Source: a virus
Lineage: Duplodnaviria > Heunggongvirae > Uroviricota > Caudoviricetes
Strand: one strand, 5' to 3'
DNA length: 64,000 bases
IMG/VR virus record: IMGVR_UViG_3300024269_000002
The notes beneath the pieces are model-generated. The model did no database searches and was not told the origin of the DNA. It saw nothing but the letters and a program-made list of their open reading frames with translations. Positions 26,744 to 36,127 of this stretch are shown piece after piece. The translations under genes were made by a program, and so were the position numbers. Each line of letters opens with the position of its first letter. Position 1 is the first letter of the stretch.

Positions 26744-27179
26744 TGTTCGTACTAAGCAAGTTCCTGCAAGAACTATTACTGAGACCTGGTATATTGCTTC
26801 AGATGGCAGAGAGTTCTTGAGTCAATCTGCATGTGAGGACTGGGAACGATGGCTCGAGATTCAAGAACAGCCTGTGTTCAAAACATGTATCACAAATGTT
26901 TGGACACTCGATGATGAAGCCGCCATTCTTTACAATATCAGAAACAATGAAGATCATCAAACTTTGATGTCTACTTTCTCAGACAGACAAAAGCGTAACT
27001 TTAGTGACGAGTACATGAAATATGGCCCTGGCTGGTACATCTATTTCAGTATTGATGGTGGAGATGGTCCTGACTTCTATCATCTGTGGCAGTACGATGC
27101 TTACTTGAAAGAGCATGAAGACGACTTCAATCGTTGGAAGAATGAGATGGCATCAAAGATGGCTTCAACTTTCAACTAA
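26733..27179 (+). CDS. hypothetical protein
   Basis: GAAAGAGG RBS. Confidence 0.45.
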   Translation: MIVDVRTKQVPARTITETWYIASDGREFLSQSACEDWERWLEIQEQPVFKTCITNVWTLDDEAAILYNIRNNEDHQTLMSTFSDRQKRNFSDEYMKYGPGWYIYFSIDGGDGPDFYHLWQYDAYLKEHEDDFNRWKNEMASKMASTFN

Positions 27180-27302
27180 GAATGTGAACCGAGTAGAAAT
27201 CTTTATAGCTAGTTTCGTTGTAGATATGAATGCTGATCAGGAATTCTTACTTAGTTTACTGATTGGCAGATGATACAAGAAGATCCAGAATCATATTATT
27301 CC

Positions 27303-27338
27303 TGACGCTGCAGAAATGCAGCGTCATGTTTTGTTTCT
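27303..27338 (+). terminator. hairpin/terminator TGACGCTGCA-gaaa-TGCAGCGTCA followed by a T-rich tract
   Basis: 10-bp stem; its stem sequence is shared with the hairpin at 28882-28915. Confidence 0.55.
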
Positions 27339-27427
27339 CCTGTTGTAAAATTATGATAGAGAATTCTTCACATTTCCGTCATTCTTGTATATAATATAGA
27401 ATAGCAAACACGAAAGGAGAATAATCA

Positions 27428-28411
27428 ATGTATCTGGCTCTACCAACAAGTATCCATGTAGATACAGTAAATCCACCTACAAGGACGAACTGCTTGTGGC
27501 TATGTACAACTCCGATACGAGTGATTCCTGTAACAGGAACATTCATCGAAGAATCTACAATGAATGCTGAATCTTTTACTTCGTTTATTACTAATGACTC
27601 TTTTCAAGTATATGAGTTCAACACATACCCTGTTATCAAATTTTATGTTCAAACAAGTAATAGTTGGGAAGACGTTATTACAAATAATACATACAACATC
27701 ACCATGAATATGTCAGGATGCTTCGGATACTCTACCAACCCAACAGAGATTGATGAAGGCGATAGTGCAACGCTTTACTTCCAGGCAAATGCAGGGTATT
27801 CCTTGCCGACTAGTATCTATGTAAGTGGGGCGGAATATGACTGGAACTGGTCTGTCGGGGAATTGATCCTTCGTAATCCCACAGGCCCGGTGTATGTAAG
27901 TATAAGTTGTGTGGGGAATTGCTGTTTTGCGGCAGGGACACCTGTATTGATGAGTAACGGTACTTTCAAAAACATTGAAAACATTGTAGCTGGCGACATC
28001 GTTATAACATTCAATGAAGAATCCGAGGTATATGAGCCTGGAACGGTTATATACTTCTTTGTTAAGCCAAACACGCAGGATATGGCGAAGCTGATATTTG
28101 AAGACGGCACAGAAATAACTATGAACGCATATCACCCGATGTATACGACTGACGGCTGGAAATCGCTGACAGGAAGCGGAGGTCTGCCGATCCTGACGAA
28201 GGAGGACACAATTCTTTCGACCGACAAGAAGTGGGTGAAAATATCGGACATTGTGCGGTGGTTCAGCGATGAATATATCACAACTTACAACCTTGATGTC
28301 GAGAATAACGACAACTACTTTGTAGGAAAGACACCAGTAATGGCAAGCAATGTCGAATCCTGCTTTGTTCCTTCGCCTGGCATAAAACCTGCACCTGAGA
28401 TAACAGTATGA
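27428..28411 (+). CDS. Hint/bacterial-intein-like (BIL) domain protein
   Basis: CFAAGTPVLMSNGTFKNIENIVAGDIV...YHPMYTTDGW...YNLDVENNDNYFVG...VMASN is a Hint-domain signature lacking a +1 nucleophile (BIL-like); AAAGGAG RBS; GC-rich outlier. Confidence 0.6.
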   Translation: MYLALPTSIHVDTVNPPTRTNCLWLCTTPIRVIPVTGTFIEESTMNAESFTSFITNDSFQVYEFNTYPVIKFYVQTSNSWEDVITNNTYNITMNMSGCFGYSTNPTEIDEGDSATLYFQANAGYSLPTSIYVSGAEYDWNWSVGELILRNPTGPVYVSISCVGNCCFAAGTPVLMSNGTFKNIENIVAGDIVITFNEESEVYEPGTVIYFFVKPNTQDMAKLIFEDGTEITMNAYHPMYTTDGWKSLTGSGGLPILTKEDTILSTDKKWVKISDIVRWFSDEYITTYNLDVENNDNYFVGKTPVMASNVESCFVPSPGIKPAPEITV

Positions 28412-28824
28412 TATTCGATACATCGAATCAAGAATGGGGATATTACAAAAATATCTTGAACGCACCAGACTTGACTGTTCCCGAATACGGAGTATACGGT
28501 AGGATCGTGTATATGACTGCCGAGCAGTATATTCGTGAGTGTGCAAGGATAACGCACACTCAATACGAATCGCATATGCGAATACTGAAACATGAAAAAG
28601 CAGATAGGAATAACATCGAGTATCTGAAAACGCTGGACTTCCCTATTGCCATTCCGGTAATCAACTATTCCTGCCGGGCGCAGGAGGGCAGACACCGGGC
28701 AGTCGCATTCGCGGAACTTCACGGGGATGATGCTACCTTCCCATGTTTGGCGGTGTACTGGATCGATGAACAAAAGAAAGGCCTTAGCTTCTGGCAATGG
28801 ATGCGCAAGCGGAGAAAAGAATAG
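28408..28824 (+). CDS. hypothetical protein coupled to the Hint-domain gene
   Basis: ATGA overlap; GC-rich like its upstream partner. Confidence 0.5.
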   Translation: MIFDTSNQEWGYYKNILNAPDLTVPEYGVYGRIVYMTAEQYIRECARITHTQYESHMRILKHEKADRNNIEYLKTLDFPIAIPVINYSCRAQEGRHRAVAFAELHGDDATFPCLAVYWIDEQKKGLSFWQWMRKRRKE

Positions 28825-28881
28825 CTGGAGCATTCAACGCAATAATGAGCTGAGAGTTAGTTTGAACTAATATACAACCTG

Positions 28882-28915
28882 AATGACGCTGTAATCTTTA
28901 CAGCGTCATTTTTGT
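28882..28915 (+). terminator. rho-independent terminator (ATGACGCTGTAAA / TTTACAGCGTCAT)
   Basis: 13-bp stem followed by TTTTTG; shares the TGACGCTG/CAGCGTCA core with the hairpin at 27303. Confidence 0.7.
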
Positions 28916-28917
28916 AG

Positions 28918-28946
28918 TTGATCAAAGAAGAATTTTACTATATCAT
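28918..28946 (+). promoter_or_regulatory. promoter variant TTGATC-N17-TATCAT
   Basis: gtagTTGATCaaagaagaattttactaTATCAT. Confidence 0.4.
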
Positions 28947-28977
28947 ATTATCGACAAACTATATAAACGGAGTAACT

Positions 28978-29229
28978 ATGAGTAAACAGAAGAAACCAAC
29001 TGATGGTAAGATTTATCTTTACGGCGCACGAGATACTACTACAGGTAAGCTAGTCTCTGATATTACAAATCCTCGTCGTAAGTACTGGGACAAAGAAGGC
29101 AATGCAAGAAGTGCTATTGACTACTATAACCGTAGTTATGCAAACAGACCGCTGAAGCCCTTTGACAACAAAGGCGAACACGGAACTATCGAGCTTGTTA
29201 AGTTTGAGCTTGTAGAGGTGAAAGAATGA
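28978..29229 (+). CDS. hypothetical protein
   Basis: ATG after a GGAG RBS and downstream of the promoter (the ORF-track start at 28918 lies inside the promoter). Confidence 0.5.
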   Translation: MSKQKKPTDGKIYLYGARDTTTGKLVSDITNPRRKYWDKEGNARSAIDYYNRSYANRPLKPFDNKGEHGTIELVKFELVEVKE

Positions 29230-29660
29230 AACATCTGATAGGCTCAAGCTATTTCTTTTCTTGTTATGATGATTTCACTCCGCATGATGTAGATCATATT
29301 GAAATCATTGAAACAAACGAATTCAACCATAAGCGACAAATTACAGGAAGAGGTAGCTGTTTATTTCAGCTAAAGAAAAAAGATTCCTTCAAAGAGTATC
29401 TTGATTGGGACATCACTGAGTCGGTGGGAATGTGTCTTGGTAAATGGCTTATTCCTGAATTCTGTGAAGAAGTTGGTTTTACTGTAGATGATCTTCCTCA
29501 ACTGTTGCCATTTATTGACCTTCTTGATCCTAAACATAGATATGAAGCAATCATCTACAACGCGTATGTTGAGAATGGCTCGCTCACTTTAACGGATAAA
29601 CAGAGACTTGAGGCATACAAGAGCTACCAAGAGTCTCGTAATCTCTCTACAGTTGAATAA
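29226..29660 (+). CDS. hypothetical protein
   Basis: ATGA-coupled ORF. Confidence 0.5.
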   Translation: MKHLIGSSYFFSCYDDFTPHDVDHIEIIETNEFNHKRQITGRGSCLFQLKKKDSFKEYLDWDITESVGMCLGKWLIPEFCEEVGFTVDDLPQLLPFIDLLDPKHRYEAIIYNAYVENGSLTLTDKQRLEAYKSYQESRNLSTVE

Positions 29661-29681
29661 ACTGTTAGTATACATTATAAT
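29653..29681 (+). promoter_or_regulatory. conserved promoter TTGAAT-N17-TATAAT with AACTGTT
   Basis: acagTTGAATaAACTGTTagtatacatTATAAT. Confidence 0.55.
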
Positions 29682-29711
29682 AACAATATAAGATAACTGG
29701 AGGTTGTTACT

Positions 29712-30032
29712 ATGCTGGATTTTGAACTGTTTTCTGAGATGGTTACTCGTTGGAAGAGTGGTCGTGAGGAAGTTGATAAGTTTGAAGAAGCTATGAAGCC
29801 TTTCTTTGATCGTTCTCCCCTCATGACTATGGGACAGGATGTTCGGGATGCATTGTCTGAACTGATCTGTGTGTCCTGTGGACTGGAGAAAGACAGCGAC
29901 CTGCTCTGGTGGTGGGCTTTCGAGAATGTCGACAAGGTTATCGAAGTCAGCGGCGGCAAGAAGTATGACGTAACAACTCTGGAAGGTTTGTATCAATATA
30001 TTCTGGATGGAAATGAGGCGGCTAAGAAATGA
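29712..30032 (+). CDS. hypothetical protein
   Basis: GGAGG RBS. Confidence 0.5.
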   Translation: MLDFELFSEMVTRWKSGREEVDKFEEAMKPFFDRSPLMTMGQDVRDALSELICVSCGLEKDSDLLWWWAFENVDKVIEVSGGKKYDVTTLEGLYQYILDGNEAAKK

Positions 30033-30289
30033 CTTGGGAAAACTGCAGACTCTGTGAGCACTGCTGTGCTTGCTGTGAGAACAGTCAGTACAAATCCGAC
30101 TGTGATCTTTGCTTCGAAAACGATAACTTTGTTCCGAAGAAACATTTCAAGTATTGTCCCGCTAGTGGAGTGCCTCTTAATAGACCGAAACCGAATAGGC
30201 CAGTTGTTATCATGGGAGGTGGTTCTCCTACTAAACAAGAAATGGAACAGGCAGTTGCAAAATATTTCAAGGAGCATAAGTTTCTGTGA
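30029..30289 (+). CDS. Cys-rich zinc-binding protein
   Basis: CRLCEHCCACC...CDLC...C. Confidence 0.45.
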   Translation: MTWENCRLCEHCCACCENSQYKSDCDLCFENDNFVPKKHFKYCPASGVPLNRPKPNRPVVIMGGGSPTKQEMEQAVAKYFKEHKFL

Positions 30290-30558
30290 AACGGATAGAT
30301 TTTGAATACAGTGGCAACAAATATGTTGCATTCATACATAAGAAATACGACGCATTCTGTAAAGCAAATATCTTCTATGTTCGTCCAACAAGGAAGTGGT
30401 ATCAGTTCACACTGATGTATCTTGATACCATTCATTTCTTCTTGGTGGATGTGGAAACAAAAGAAGACATCATTGAGAAGTTTTGTTGGAAGATTCAGCA
30501 GGAGTTAGACAGATGTGACAGAATTGATTCTGCAACAAAGTTATGGAGATCTTTATGA
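30286..30558 (+). CDS. hypothetical protein
   Basis: GTG start coupled to the upstream stop. Confidence 0.4.
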   Translation: MKRIDFEYSGNKYVAFIHKKYDAFCKANIFYVRPTRKWYQFTLMYLDTIHFFLVDVETKEDIIEKFCWKIQQELDRCDRIDSATKLWRSL

Positions 30559-30836
30559 AACAGTTAACAGTGGATCATGCAAGTGAGGAATGGTATGTCA
30601 CTATGACTGTTGATGGTCACGGAGTGTGCGACACGACGATTTACCGTAAACGGAAAACAAAGAAGTGGTGGCAGCCTTATTACGTATTCTTTGCGGACTT
30701 TGTTACATGCCCTGAAAGCATGGAGGAGCAGATGGAGAATATTAGAACCGTCATTGATAAGAAACTCCTAGAAGAGAAAACAAGAAACAACTTTCTTACT
30801 GAATATCAGAAGCTGGAGGATGTTCCTTACATATGA
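30555..30836 (+). CDS. hypothetical protein
   Basis: GGAG RBS before the ATG at 30555. Confidence 0.45.
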   Translation: MKQLTVDHASEEWYVTMTVDGHGVCDTTIYRKRKTKKWWQPYYVFFADFVTCPESMEEQMENIRTVIDKKLLEEKTRNNFLTEYQKLEDVPYI

Positions 30837-31279
30837 GAAGAGTTACAGTATACCGAAAGAAACCAACACGACAGTCTCTTGAAGTAGATCTTGTTGTTCA
30901 CAAGGAGATGCTTGAACAAGCTGAAATTGAGATCTGTCGCCATAAAGACACTATCGACACGCTTCAGAAAGAACTTGTAGAAGCTCATGACAAGCTGCAT
31001 CAACTGGAGAGGGCTGTTGTAACTCAATCTTGTTGTTGGATGTGTGCTAACAATCTAATGTGTCACCAAGGACGAGAGTTGCCTCAAAGTCCAGATGTTG
31101 CTTGTGGTAATTTCAAGTTCGGTTACAAAACATCAGAAAAACACAGTGACACTGTTTGTGATTACAAACATGGAAAAGTATGTTGGGCTCAGAAGGGTGC
31201 CCCTTTGTGTGATCCGGTGTTCTGTCCAGTAAAGGAGAAACGTCCAAGTGAAAACATTAACTTCGTGGCTACAAAATGA
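30833..31279 (+). CDS. Cys-rich protein with N-terminal coiled-coil
   Basis: CCWMCANNLMCH...C..C..C cluster. Confidence 0.45.
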   Translation: MRRVTVYRKKPTRQSLEVDLVVHKEMLEQAEIEICRHKDTIDTLQKELVEAHDKLHQLERAVVTQSCCWMCANNLMCHQGRELPQSPDVACGNFKFGYKTSEKHSDTVCDYKHGKVCWAQKGAPLCDPVFCPVKEKRPSENINFVATK

Positions 31280-31511
31280 CGCAAAAGATTGTGGTTTGTG
31301 CGACCCTCCGATGAAAGCTCAAGAAGCTGTTGACTTCCTAAAGAACTATCTTCTCGGAGAGAACTGGTATGTTACAATGCCACAGAATGCAGAACAGTGT
31401 AATACTGCAATTGTAATTGAAATCTTATGCAAGTATTCTCCGAAATTCCGTAAGGAATTGAAAGAGGCAAAGAAGGAGAAGAAACGTCGTGAGAAGAATA
31501 AGCACATATAA
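31248..31511 (+). CDS. hypothetical protein with basic KKEKKRREKNK tail
   Basis: ORF in track. Confidence 0.4.
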   Translation: MKTLTSWLQNDAKDCGLCDPPMKAQEAVDFLKNYLLGENWYVTMPQNAEQCNTAIVIEILCKYSPKFRKELKEAKKEKKRREKNKHI

Positions 31512-31746
31512 GAGCTGGGTCTATGTGGCTGTAACAAAAGATGGTCTTATTGAGTGTATGTTTGAAGAACTTTCTGATGCGGAAGAATACATTTTTAGTA
31601 TCTGGGAAGCTGAAGCATATGAAATCTTCTGTAGAAGAGGCTGCAATGAGCTTGGACCCGATATGCGTCCGTTAACTTATCTCGACTACATGCACAAAGT
31701 TCCGAGCTGTTTGTTGCCTCATATTGAGCCTTACAGAGTGTGGTGA
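31489..31746 (+). CDS. hypothetical protein
   Basis: GTG start after AAGGAG. Confidence 0.4.
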   Translation: MRRISTYKSWVYVAVTKDGLIECMFEELSDAEEYIFSIWEAEAYEIFCRRGCNELGPDMRPLTYLDYMHKVPSCLLPHIEPYRVW

Positions 31747-31749
31747 GTT

Positions 31750-31965
31750 ATGAAACTGTACATAAAAGAAGTCAAGTACGACTTGTGGGAGGCAGTACCA
31801 GCTTACGGATTCAACTGCGACGGATATGATGATAGAATTGTTGACACCACAGGCTGGATAACGGAAGAGGAAGAAAACTTCAGATATAAATTCGATGGTC
31901 CATTCAGAGTAAGCAAGGGTCAGTGGATTTCTAGACAAGAACGTTACATACAATTCATAGATTAA
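31750..31965 (+). CDS. hypothetical protein
   Basis: ORF in track. Confidence 0.4.
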   Translation: MKLYIKEVKYDLWEAVPAYGFNCDGYDDRIVDTTGWITEEEENFRYKFDGPFRVSKGQWISRQERYIQFID

Positions 31966-31979
31966 AAGAGGAATGATAT

Positions 31980-32131
31980 ATGCAAGACAAGCAAACTATT
32001 ATCATTGAGCTTGTTAAAAGCTTGAATGCTGGAAACACTAGCTACTCTCAAGATAGAGTGAAGATAGCTATTCAGCAATACAACCAGTTGGTTGATTACG
32101 AAATTGTGAAAGGACCGAAGGTGAAAGTATG
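31980..32131 (+). CDS. small hypothetical protein (50 aa, below the track cutoff)
   Basis: ATG after AAGAGGAATGA; fills the gap between neighbouring genes; ends in an ATGA overlap with the next ORF. Confidence 0.3.
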
Positions 32132-32599
32132 ACAATTGAAATCCTAAACAGAGACATGATCATGTGCTGGAAGCAAGGTGACATCTTTATGAAGAATGTT
32201 CTTGCAAACATGATTGATGCAGTTAAGAAAGCAAGTATGACTGCAAAGGGTCGTGTAGAGATTACTGAGCAGTTAGTAAATGAAACCCTACAGAAGTATC
32301 AGAAGACTGTTCAGGAACAGTATGATTCTTGCCCTGACTCTGCAGCTGATCCTGATCGTGATGCAGAGCTGAAGCAGCGTAAAGCTGATTACTTGAGAGA
32401 GCTGCGCATTGTTAAGGAGTATACTCCTCAGCTGTTAACTGATCCTGAGGAGATCAAGAAGACAATCATGTCACTTGTTGGTGACTTGCCTCTTGTTAAA
32501 TCCAATAGAGGTAACATCATGAAGCTGATTGCTCCTGAGTTCAAGGGCAAGGCTGATATGAGCGTCGTCAATAAAGTTGTTGGAGAATTGCTGGCATGA
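32129..32599 (+). CDS. hypothetical protein
   Basis: ORF in track. Confidence 0.5.
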   Translation: MTIEILNRDMIMCWKQGDIFMKNVLANMIDAVKKASMTAKGRVEITEQLVNETLQKYQKTVQEQYDSCPDSAADPDRDAELKQRKADYLRELRIVKEYTPQLLTDPEEIKKTIMSLVGDLPLVKSNRGNIMKLIAPEFKGKADMSVVNKVVGELLA

Positions 32600-32895
32600 T
32601 GATTCATGGAATTACAAATTCAGATCTTCTAGCTGCTTACATTGATAAGTATCATCGTAACATGAATGTTATGGTTGTTTATATCAATGTTACAAGTGGA
32701 TGTCAGAGACTCCTTGGTGACATCAAAGATCAGCTGTTGTTGCCTATTCCAGATAGAATTGAACTTGACTCCGATTATATCATGATTGGTTCTCATAGAG
32801 AAGAGTTAACCAAGTTCATCAACGCACACGATCATCTAATCTACGATACTAGATTAGAGCTGTATATTGATGGTTGTCTGTACATGACCAACTAA
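32596..32895 (+). CDS. hypothetical protein
   Basis: ATGA-coupled ORF. Confidence 0.45.
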   Translation: MMIHGITNSDLLAAYIDKYHRNMNVMVVYINVTSGCQRLLGDIKDQLLLPIPDRIELDSDYIMIGSHREELTKFINAHDHLIYDTRLELYIDGCLYMTN

Positions 32896-32896
32896 G

Positions 32897-32925
32897 TTGA
32901 TATGTTTCAACAGTTACTATATAAT
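32897..32925 (+). promoter_or_regulatory. conserved promoter TTGATA-N17-TATAAT with AACAGTT
   Basis: aagTTGATAtgtttcAACAGTTactaTATAAT. Confidence 0.6.
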
Positions 32926-32954
32926 ATATGTATAACGTGTAGGAGGTAGTTACA

Positions 32955-33155
32955 ATGTTGAATGATCTGAAGGTTTTCTTGGATAACAAGCTGAAGCAGT
33001 GCGAGGGGATCTATGACAGATATCAACTGCAGCTCATCAAAAGTGAAGCTTTTGGAGCATGTAACTTTCTCCTCACTGTAACTAAAGATAATTCTGTTGT
33101 TGAACTGTGGGAAGAATATAGACCGAAGTTCGATGACTGCATGGAGGGCTTTTGA
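32955..33155 (+). CDS. hypothetical small protein
   Basis: GGAGG RBS. Confidence 0.45.
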   Translation: MLNDLKVFLDNKLKQCEGIYDRYQLQLIKSEAFGACNFLLTVTKDNSVVELWEEYRPKFDDCMEGF

Positions 33156-33535
33156 TGTTTGACAGTAAAACTACTGGTGAAGAATATACTCTCACCATTG
33201 CGAACGAAACTATTCTAATCGGTTGTAATGTACATGCATACGGCAATGAAGTTGTTGTGAAGATTCCTGAAGGTGTCAAAGAAATTGCAGGGTATGCAAT
33301 GCAGGGTTGTTCTGGTGTGAAGAGAATCATTCTTCCGAAGTCACTGAGAAAAATCGGACAAGCTGCTTTTATCAGCTGTACTGATCTGGAAGCAGTTTAC
33401 ATTCCGGACACTGTAACTGAAATTGGTGTTGGAGTCTTCCGGAATTGTCCTAAACTGAAACGAGTACATGTCCCTCCAAAGATCATGGAAAGTGCATTTG
33501 CAAAAGATCGTGGTTTACCGAGTTATATGTGGTAA
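33152..33535 (+). CDS. BspA-type leucine-rich-repeat protein
   Basis: IPEGVKEIAGYAMQGCSGVKRIILPKSLRKIGQAAFISCTDLEAVYIPDTVTEIGVGVFRNCPKLKRVHVP (LRR_5-like repeats). Confidence 0.5.
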   Translation: MMFDSKTTGEEYTLTIANETILIGCNVHAYGNEVVVKIPEGVKEIAGYAMQGCSGVKRIILPKSLRKIGQAAFISCTDLEAVYIPDTVTEIGVGVFRNCPKLKRVHVPPKIMESAFAKDRGLPSYMW

Positions 33536-33546
33536 ATAAAATATGT

Positions 33547-33590
33547 CGAGAGCAGCCAGAAGGAACTGGCTGCTCTCTTTTTATGTTTTT
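33547..33590 (+). terminator. rho-independent terminator
   Basis: gagagcagcc/ggctgctctc stem followed by TTTTTAT. Confidence 0.75.
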
Positions 33591-33655
33591 ACTATCTTGT
33601 ATAATTATTATATAGAATTATTATCTAAACTTCTTTCAAAGGAGATTACATATCT

Positions 33656-34192
33656 ATGGCTTATGATTATATTCGACAAGTAGAACTTACAGACGGAACT
33701 ACCAAACCAGTAGGACCTGAAACTTTCTTTAAGAGAACAGTTACCACAAGCAATCTGCTTGTAATCGGTATCAAAGCAAATGAGTCAGGAATAGTACATA
33801 TGTATACAACTTGTGACTCTGAAACTAATGAGTATGCATTCAAGTATCTTCATGAATCAGCCAGTGTACAACCTACATTTGTTGCAGGTAATCCTCACAC
33901 AAGTATGAAGATGGTTGTGAGTATACCGAACGCTTCAACAGCTCAACTGTTTCCTGATTTTGATTTCTACACAGTACAATTCGGCACGTCTGTCGATGTT
34001 GTTGAGTTGAGAACTCTTCTCCCTAACGTTGATATTGTTTGTTTGAACGATACTTACTCTAAGGCACAGCTGAACACAATGTTCACAGCTGGTTATGAGG
34101 CTTATCCCCAAACCTTGCTTAACGTGAAGGATTTCGGTGACACGTTACCCAGTGCAGGCACTCCTGGTCGCATATTCTTCAAGAAAATATGA
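33656..34192 (+). CDS. hypothetical protein (possibly structural)
   Basis: AAGGAG RBS. Confidence 0.5.
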   Translation: MAYDYIRQVELTDGTTKPVGPETFFKRTVTTSNLLVIGIKANESGIVHMYTTCDSETNEYAFKYLHESASVQPTFVAGNPHTSMKMVVSIPNASTAQLFPDFDFYTVQFGTSVDVVELRTLLPNVDIVCLNDTYSKAQLNTMFTAGYEAYPQTLLNVKDFGDTLPSAGTPGRIFFKKI

Positions 34193-34228
34193 TAATCATG
34201 ATACACTCTTGAGGAAGGAGATTGATCC

Positions 34229-35653
34229 ATGTCACAACAAACATTTAACGCGGCGATGCGATATGGTGGACTACGTAATGGAGCTTCATACGAGTCTTGG
34301 CCTACCAATGCCGTGGCTTATCAAGGATGTTACAATGGTCTACACTACCCTAACGTTGAAGAGGCAGGCTACATAGGTGGAACTCGTTACGGTATCATTC
34401 AATTTGATGGCATAAGTGAACTGTGTAGTACAAAAAAGATTACTGCTCTTGAAATGACGATTGATTTTCCTACAGCTGGTAACAACACTAAGAAAACAAT
34501 CAAATTCTGGAAGTCAAATTATACTTCAGTTGATACAAGTAAAAATCCAAGTTCCTACATTGGTGCATCACTGGGTGACTATGCAACAACTGTTGTTGCA
34601 TACAACAAGTCAGAAACTATAACTCTGAACGAGACAACAAACTCAGAGTTATTCAACTCTTTTGTTAACTACTTTTCTACATCTGGTAATGATCTAATTT
34701 GTATCTATAATGGTGAAGATACCGACGATCTTATTGGAAAAGGTAATGAATCTACTAGTACACAGTGTTACAGCCCAAACTATCTTCAGTTCAAAACATG
34801 CACACTAAAAGTTACTTACAAAGAAAAGTATACAGTAACTTACGTTGCTAATGGAGGCTCAGGAGCTCCTGCAGCACAAGCAAAGATAGAGGGTGAAGAT
34901 TTAACTCTAAGCTCAACTGTTCCAACTTACACTGGAAGAACTTTTAAGGGCTGGGGAACTTCAGCAACTGATACAACTGTAGATTATGCAGCTGGCGGAA
35001 CATATAGTACGGATGGAAACATCACACTGTATGCAATCTGGGAACTCAATGAATACACAATCTCCTACAATCGTAACGGATATACAGTTGCTTCAGGATT
35101 TCCTAGTCCCTCCACGCAAACCAAAACTTACGGAACAGCATTAACTCTATCCTCTAGCAAACCTGTTTTAGACCCCACACAATTGACTGCGTATACAGTC
35201 ACATTGAACGCGAATGGGGGAACTTGTACATCAAGTAGTTTAACAGCAGCTCGAACAAAAACAAATACATTTACGAGCTGGAATACAAAAGCTGATGGCA
35301 CTGGAGTAAACTACAATGTAGGAGCATCCTACACAGCAGAATCCAATGCAACACTATATATAAAAGCAGATAGCTCAACTGTTACAAACAACGTTGACCT
35401 ACCTACTGCAACAAAAACAGGTTACAAGTTTTTAGGCTGGGCAACTAGCCCTACAGCAATCGGTGGAACAACAGGAAGTTACACACCTACAGGAAATGTA
35501 ACGTTGTACGCAATCTGGGAAGCTCAGGGTCTTGTTTATATTGACAATGGAACAACTCTTGAACCTTATTCTATCTGGATCGACAACGGCACAAGCTGGG
35601 ACCAGTACATGGCATACGTGGATAACGGCACAAGTTGGGATCCTTGTGGTTAA
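34229..35653 (+). CDS. surface/receptor-binding-like protein with Listeria-Bacteroides repeats
   Basis: Three repeats of the form F.GW.T...DTTVDY..GGTY...GNITLYAIWE (Flg_new / InlB-B-type repeat). Confidence 0.65.
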   Translation: MSQQTFNAAMRYGGLRNGASYESWPTNAVAYQGCYNGLHYPNVEEAGYIGGTRYGIIQFDGISELCSTKKITALEMTIDFPTAGNNTKKTIKFWKSNYTSVDTSKNPSSYIGASLGDYATTVVAYNKSETITLNETTNSELFNSFVNYFSTSGNDLICIYNGEDTDDLIGKGNESTSTQCYSPNYLQFKTCTLKVTYKEKYTVTYVANGGSGAPAAQAKIEGEDLTLSSTVPTYTGRTFKGWGTSATDTTVDYAAGGTYSTDGNITLYAIWELNEYTISYNRNGYTVASGFPSPSTQTKTYGTALTLSSSKPVLDPTQLTAYTVTLNANGGTCTSSSLTAARTKTNTFTSWNTKADGTGVNYNVGASYTAESNATLYIKADSSTVTNNVDLPTATKTGYKFLGWATSPTAIGGTTGSYTPTGNVTLYAIWEAQGLVYIDNGTTLEPYSIWIDNGTSWDQYMAYVDNGTSWDPCG

Positions 35654-35673
35654 CTGAATACACGTTGAACTAA

Positions 35674-35707
35674 TAAGCTACCGATTCTTCGGTAGCTTAT
35701 TTTTGTA
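35674..35707 (+). terminator. rho-independent terminator
   Basis: aagctaccg-attcttc-ggtagctt stem followed by ATTTTTG. Confidence 0.75.
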
Positions 35708-35708
35708 G

Positions 35709-35737
35709 TTGATAGTTACTTAACTGTTTATTATAAT
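35709..35737 (+). promoter_or_regulatory. conserved promoter TTGATA-N17-TATAAT with AACTGTT
   Basis: gtagTTGATAgttacttAACTGTTtatTATAAT. Confidence 0.6.
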
Positions 35738-35773
35738 ATGTATGTAAACTAACTAAACTGAAGGAGGCATCAG

Positions 35774-36127
35774 ATGGCAGGATATACTCAGACGTATGTT
35801 TCTCTCGTCGATAAAGAAATTCCTAGCACTTATGAAGTGGAAAAGTGCAAACTCCTAAACAAGATTGAAACCGAACTTGGGCAGCACTACATGATCAGCT
35901 ACAGTAAGGAGCCGATTGACAGTTATCCTTACATCATCAACACGTTGCTGGATCACTTCAAACGTGAGGATGGGGAATATTCTTACAGAGGAAATCTTGT
36001 CGATCGAGAAAAAGTTCTATCCACTATTAAAGAACGCTACTATGCCCTTGTGCTAACGTGTGTAACAATGGAAACCGTTCCAGCTAGTTACAAAGTATTG
36101 GAGTTCGGTAAGGAGACAGATGAATGA
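35774..36127 (+). CDS. hypothetical protein
   Basis: GGAGG RBS. Confidence 0.5.
   Translation: MAGYTQTYVSLVDKEIPSTYEVEKCKLLNKIETELGQHYMISYSKEPIDSYPYIINTLLDHFKREDGEYSYRGNLVDREKVLSTIKERYYALVLTCVTMETVPASYKVLEFGKETDE

Noticed and set aside
27713-28546. 277-aa minus-strand ORF across the Hint cassette
   Set aside because: The elevated GC of this block reduces stop-codon frequency. The translation is R/C/Y-rich with no RBS, and the + strand ORFs have an RBS and a Hint-domain signature.
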